Of a stretch of DNA of 20,000 bases, positions 18,508-20,000 are shown piece after piece. A program made the translations under genes and the position numbers. Below the pieces are notes generated by a model that had not been told where the DNA came from, searched no databases, and saw only the letters and a program-made list of their open reading frames with translations. The DNA is from an uncultured virus (IMG/VR IMGVR_UViG_3300044858_005455) (taxonomy: Duplodnaviria; Heunggongvirae; Uroviricota; Caudoviricetes). The first letter of the stretch is position 1, and each line of letters opens with the position of its first letter. The stretch lies in IMG/VR virus record IMGVR_UViG_3300044858_005455; one strand, 5' to 3'.

Positions 18508-18918
18508 TTACTCTTGAATTTCATCGAGAATAAAAATGAAAATGCCTAGCATTATTTTTTGGATTTGTTTGCACAATATCCAATCTTTTTCACTCCACTC
18601 ATCAACAGTTTCTGTGTAAAACACAAATTCACTTTTTTTATTTGAATTTAGTAAGATTATAAACTCACCAACCCAATCTAATGAATTTAAAGTACACCGT
18701 CCTTTTATTCCTTCCCAACCTTCGCTGTATTCATCGACTGAACCACTATCACCAACTTTTAATAGTATCTCCATTTCAGGTGAATCGGTTAAATCAGATA
18801 GTCCTTGAATAGTTTGATGGTATTGATCGTAATTAAATCCGTGGAATATCCAGTCTAAATCTGGGTATTTTGCCTTGCAAAAAGTTAATATCTTTTCTGC
18901 TACTAACTGTGTGTCCAT
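18508..18918 (-). CDS. Array paralog 1, unknown function
   Basis: 'EKILTFCKAKYPDLDW...IFIFILDEIQE'; AGGAG SD. Confidence 0.9.
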   Translation of the reverse strand: MDTQLVAEKILTFCKAKYPDLDWIFHGFNYDQYHQTIQGLSDLTDSPEMEILLKVGDSGSVDEYSEGWEGIKGRCTLNSLDWVGEFIILLNSNKKSEFVFYTETVDEWSEKDWILCKQIQKIMLGIFIFILDEIQE

Positions 18919-18920
18919 TT

Positions 18921-18947
18921 GTTACTCCTGTTGGGTGAAATTACTAG
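18921..18947 (-). repeat. Array leader repeat D (SD-proximal half only)
   Basis: GTTACTCCTGTTGGGTGAAATTACTAG, after which the sequence diverges. Confidence 0.8.
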
Positions 18948-19036
18948 GAAACGCCTACTGTTTCTTCTACTACGATACTATGATGCCCATTACGGCTTAA
19001 AGCGTCTAGATAAGCCATTAATCGACTTGCGCGCAT
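18944..19036 (-). pseudogene. 30-aa ORF, possible 3' fragment of a gene clipped at the 47-bp repeat
   Basis: MRASRLMAYLDALSRNGHHSIVVEETVGVS*. The stop abuts leader D, and the frame is closed upstream by a TAA inside the repeat. Confidence 0.4.
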
Positions 19037-19038
19037 AC

Positions 19039-19085
19039 TAGAGATAATTAATTACACATATTTAACCACCTCTTGCCTATTCTAA
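19039..19085. repeat. 47-bp direct repeat copy 2 (att-like site), 40 bp past the selO stop
   Basis: TAGAGATAATTAATTACACATATTTAACCACCTCTTGCCTATTCTAA; single G/C difference from copy 1. Confidence 0.95.
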
Positions 19086-19125
19086 CCAAGAAATTAATTT
19101 TGCACCACTACTTATTACTTAATTA

Positions 19126-20000
19126 CTACTTATTTTGTAATTTTATCACTAATTCTTGGAAAGGTTGCCAATCATCGTTATAAGTAATTGCCTCCCAAAC
19201 CGATTCGATTAGCGGTCTAAGTAAAGCGGTTTTAGGATTATAATGCGTTAAGGTATCGCCAATTTGAGACAAGGAATCTAGGGGTAATTGATTTAAGACC
19301 AAACTATATAACTCTCGCCAACGTTGCCAATCAGCTTTCGGTAAATCCATATTTTCAAGAATTAGAGAACTATTTTCTCGCCAACCGTAATTAAATTGTT
19401 CACTTAATTGATAGAAAAATTCGTGATAACCGAGGCTGGTTTCTTGGAGAACTTCCACAGTTTTGCTGACCAGTAAAGCGGATTCGGGAGTAAAAATATC
19501 CTCAAAACCTAACTTTTTAAGCATCATTTTTTGATAATAAAAATTGTAATGCTGGTCATAGTTAGCCAAAGCCATATCTAACTCTAACAAGGAGATGACC
19601 ATCGACAGGGGAGATTGCAGTAACTCTAGATTTAAGCGACAGATAAAAGGCTGATTACCATAACTATAACGGCCGCCGTAGTCGAAATAGGCCGCCGTAA
19701 ATTGGGGGTTATAGGAAGGAATAAAAGCGTAGGGACCATAATCGAAACTTTCCCCAGTAATTGACATATTATCGGTATTAAGAACCCCATGACAAAAACC
19801 TGCGGCCATCCATTGGGCTGCTAATTTAGCGGTTCTTTCGATTAAAGCGGCGTAAAATTTTAAATAGCGATCACTATCTTGGGGATCGATTTCAGGATAA
19901 TAATAAATAATCACATGATCGAGGAGTCTTTTAATTAAATCACTACGTTTAATATGAAATAAACGCTCAAAAGTCCCGAAACGAATATGAGAATTACTAA
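19126..20000 (-). CDS. selO: Protein adenylyltransferase SelO (YdiU/UPF0061), 5' part outside window
   Basis: Motifs 'SHIRFGTFE' (the frame is open to the window edge), 'GFCHGVLNTDNMSITGESFDYGP' and 'RYSYGNQP'. Confidence 0.95.
   Translation of the reverse strand, partial: SNSHIRFGTFERLFHIKRSDLIKRLLDHVIIYYYPEIDPQDSDRYLKFYAALIERTAKLAAQWMAAGFCHGVLNTDNMSITGESFDYGPYAFIPSYNPQFTAAYFDYGGRYSYGNQPFICRLNLELLQSPLSMVISLLELDMALANYDQHYNFYYQKMMLKKLGFEDIFTPESALLVSKTVEVLQETSLGYHEFFYQLSEQFNYGWRENSSLILENMDLPKADWQRWRELYSLVLNQLPLDSLSQIGDTLTHYNPKTALLRPLIESVWEAITYNDDWQPFQELVIKLQNK

Noticed and set aside
15573..18918. Diversity-generating retroelement
   Set aside because: No reverse transcriptase is present, and differences between paralogs include indels and are not adenine-specific.
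19043..19070. Canonical dif site
   Set aside because: It contains GTTAAAT and GGTG, but not in the XerC-6-XerD (TTATGTTAAAT) arrangement. Only the general architecture is retained as a finding.
15402..19085. Classical CRISPR array or integron
   Set aside because: Only two repeats 3.6 kb apart, with no cas or intI genes. The leaders lack paired RYYYAAC/GTTRRRY attC boxes; a lone GTTAGAA at the edge of copy 2 is insufficient.

Overview
The window looks like a cyanobacterial (probably Microcystis-like, inferred) chromosomal hotspot beside the 3' end of selO/ydiU, holding two compositionally distinct foreign segments. (1) 1-15401 is a CTAG-rich myophage tail/baseplate operon: hub-like protein, spike-amidase fusion, lysozyme-M23 fusion, gp25-like wedge, baseplate J and a multidomain tail protein ending in a host-like surface domain. 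It is interrupted by an apparently intact 1,274-bp non-autonomous IS200/IS605-type OMEGA element (omegaRNA + isrB) whose empty site, guide and ATGA TAM can be reconstructed. (2) 15449-19038 is an AT-rich tandem array of seven paralogous 119-145 aa genes with conserved ends, variable cores and repeated palindromic leaders. Two 47-bp direct repeats (15402-15448, 19039-19085), each with a 14-6-14 imperfect inverted-repeat core, bound segment 2 and close segment 1. The adjacent reading frames appear clipped at the repeats, suggesting repeat-delimited capture of multi-kb phage DNA fragments. All calls were made by eye from motifs; no database searches were run.
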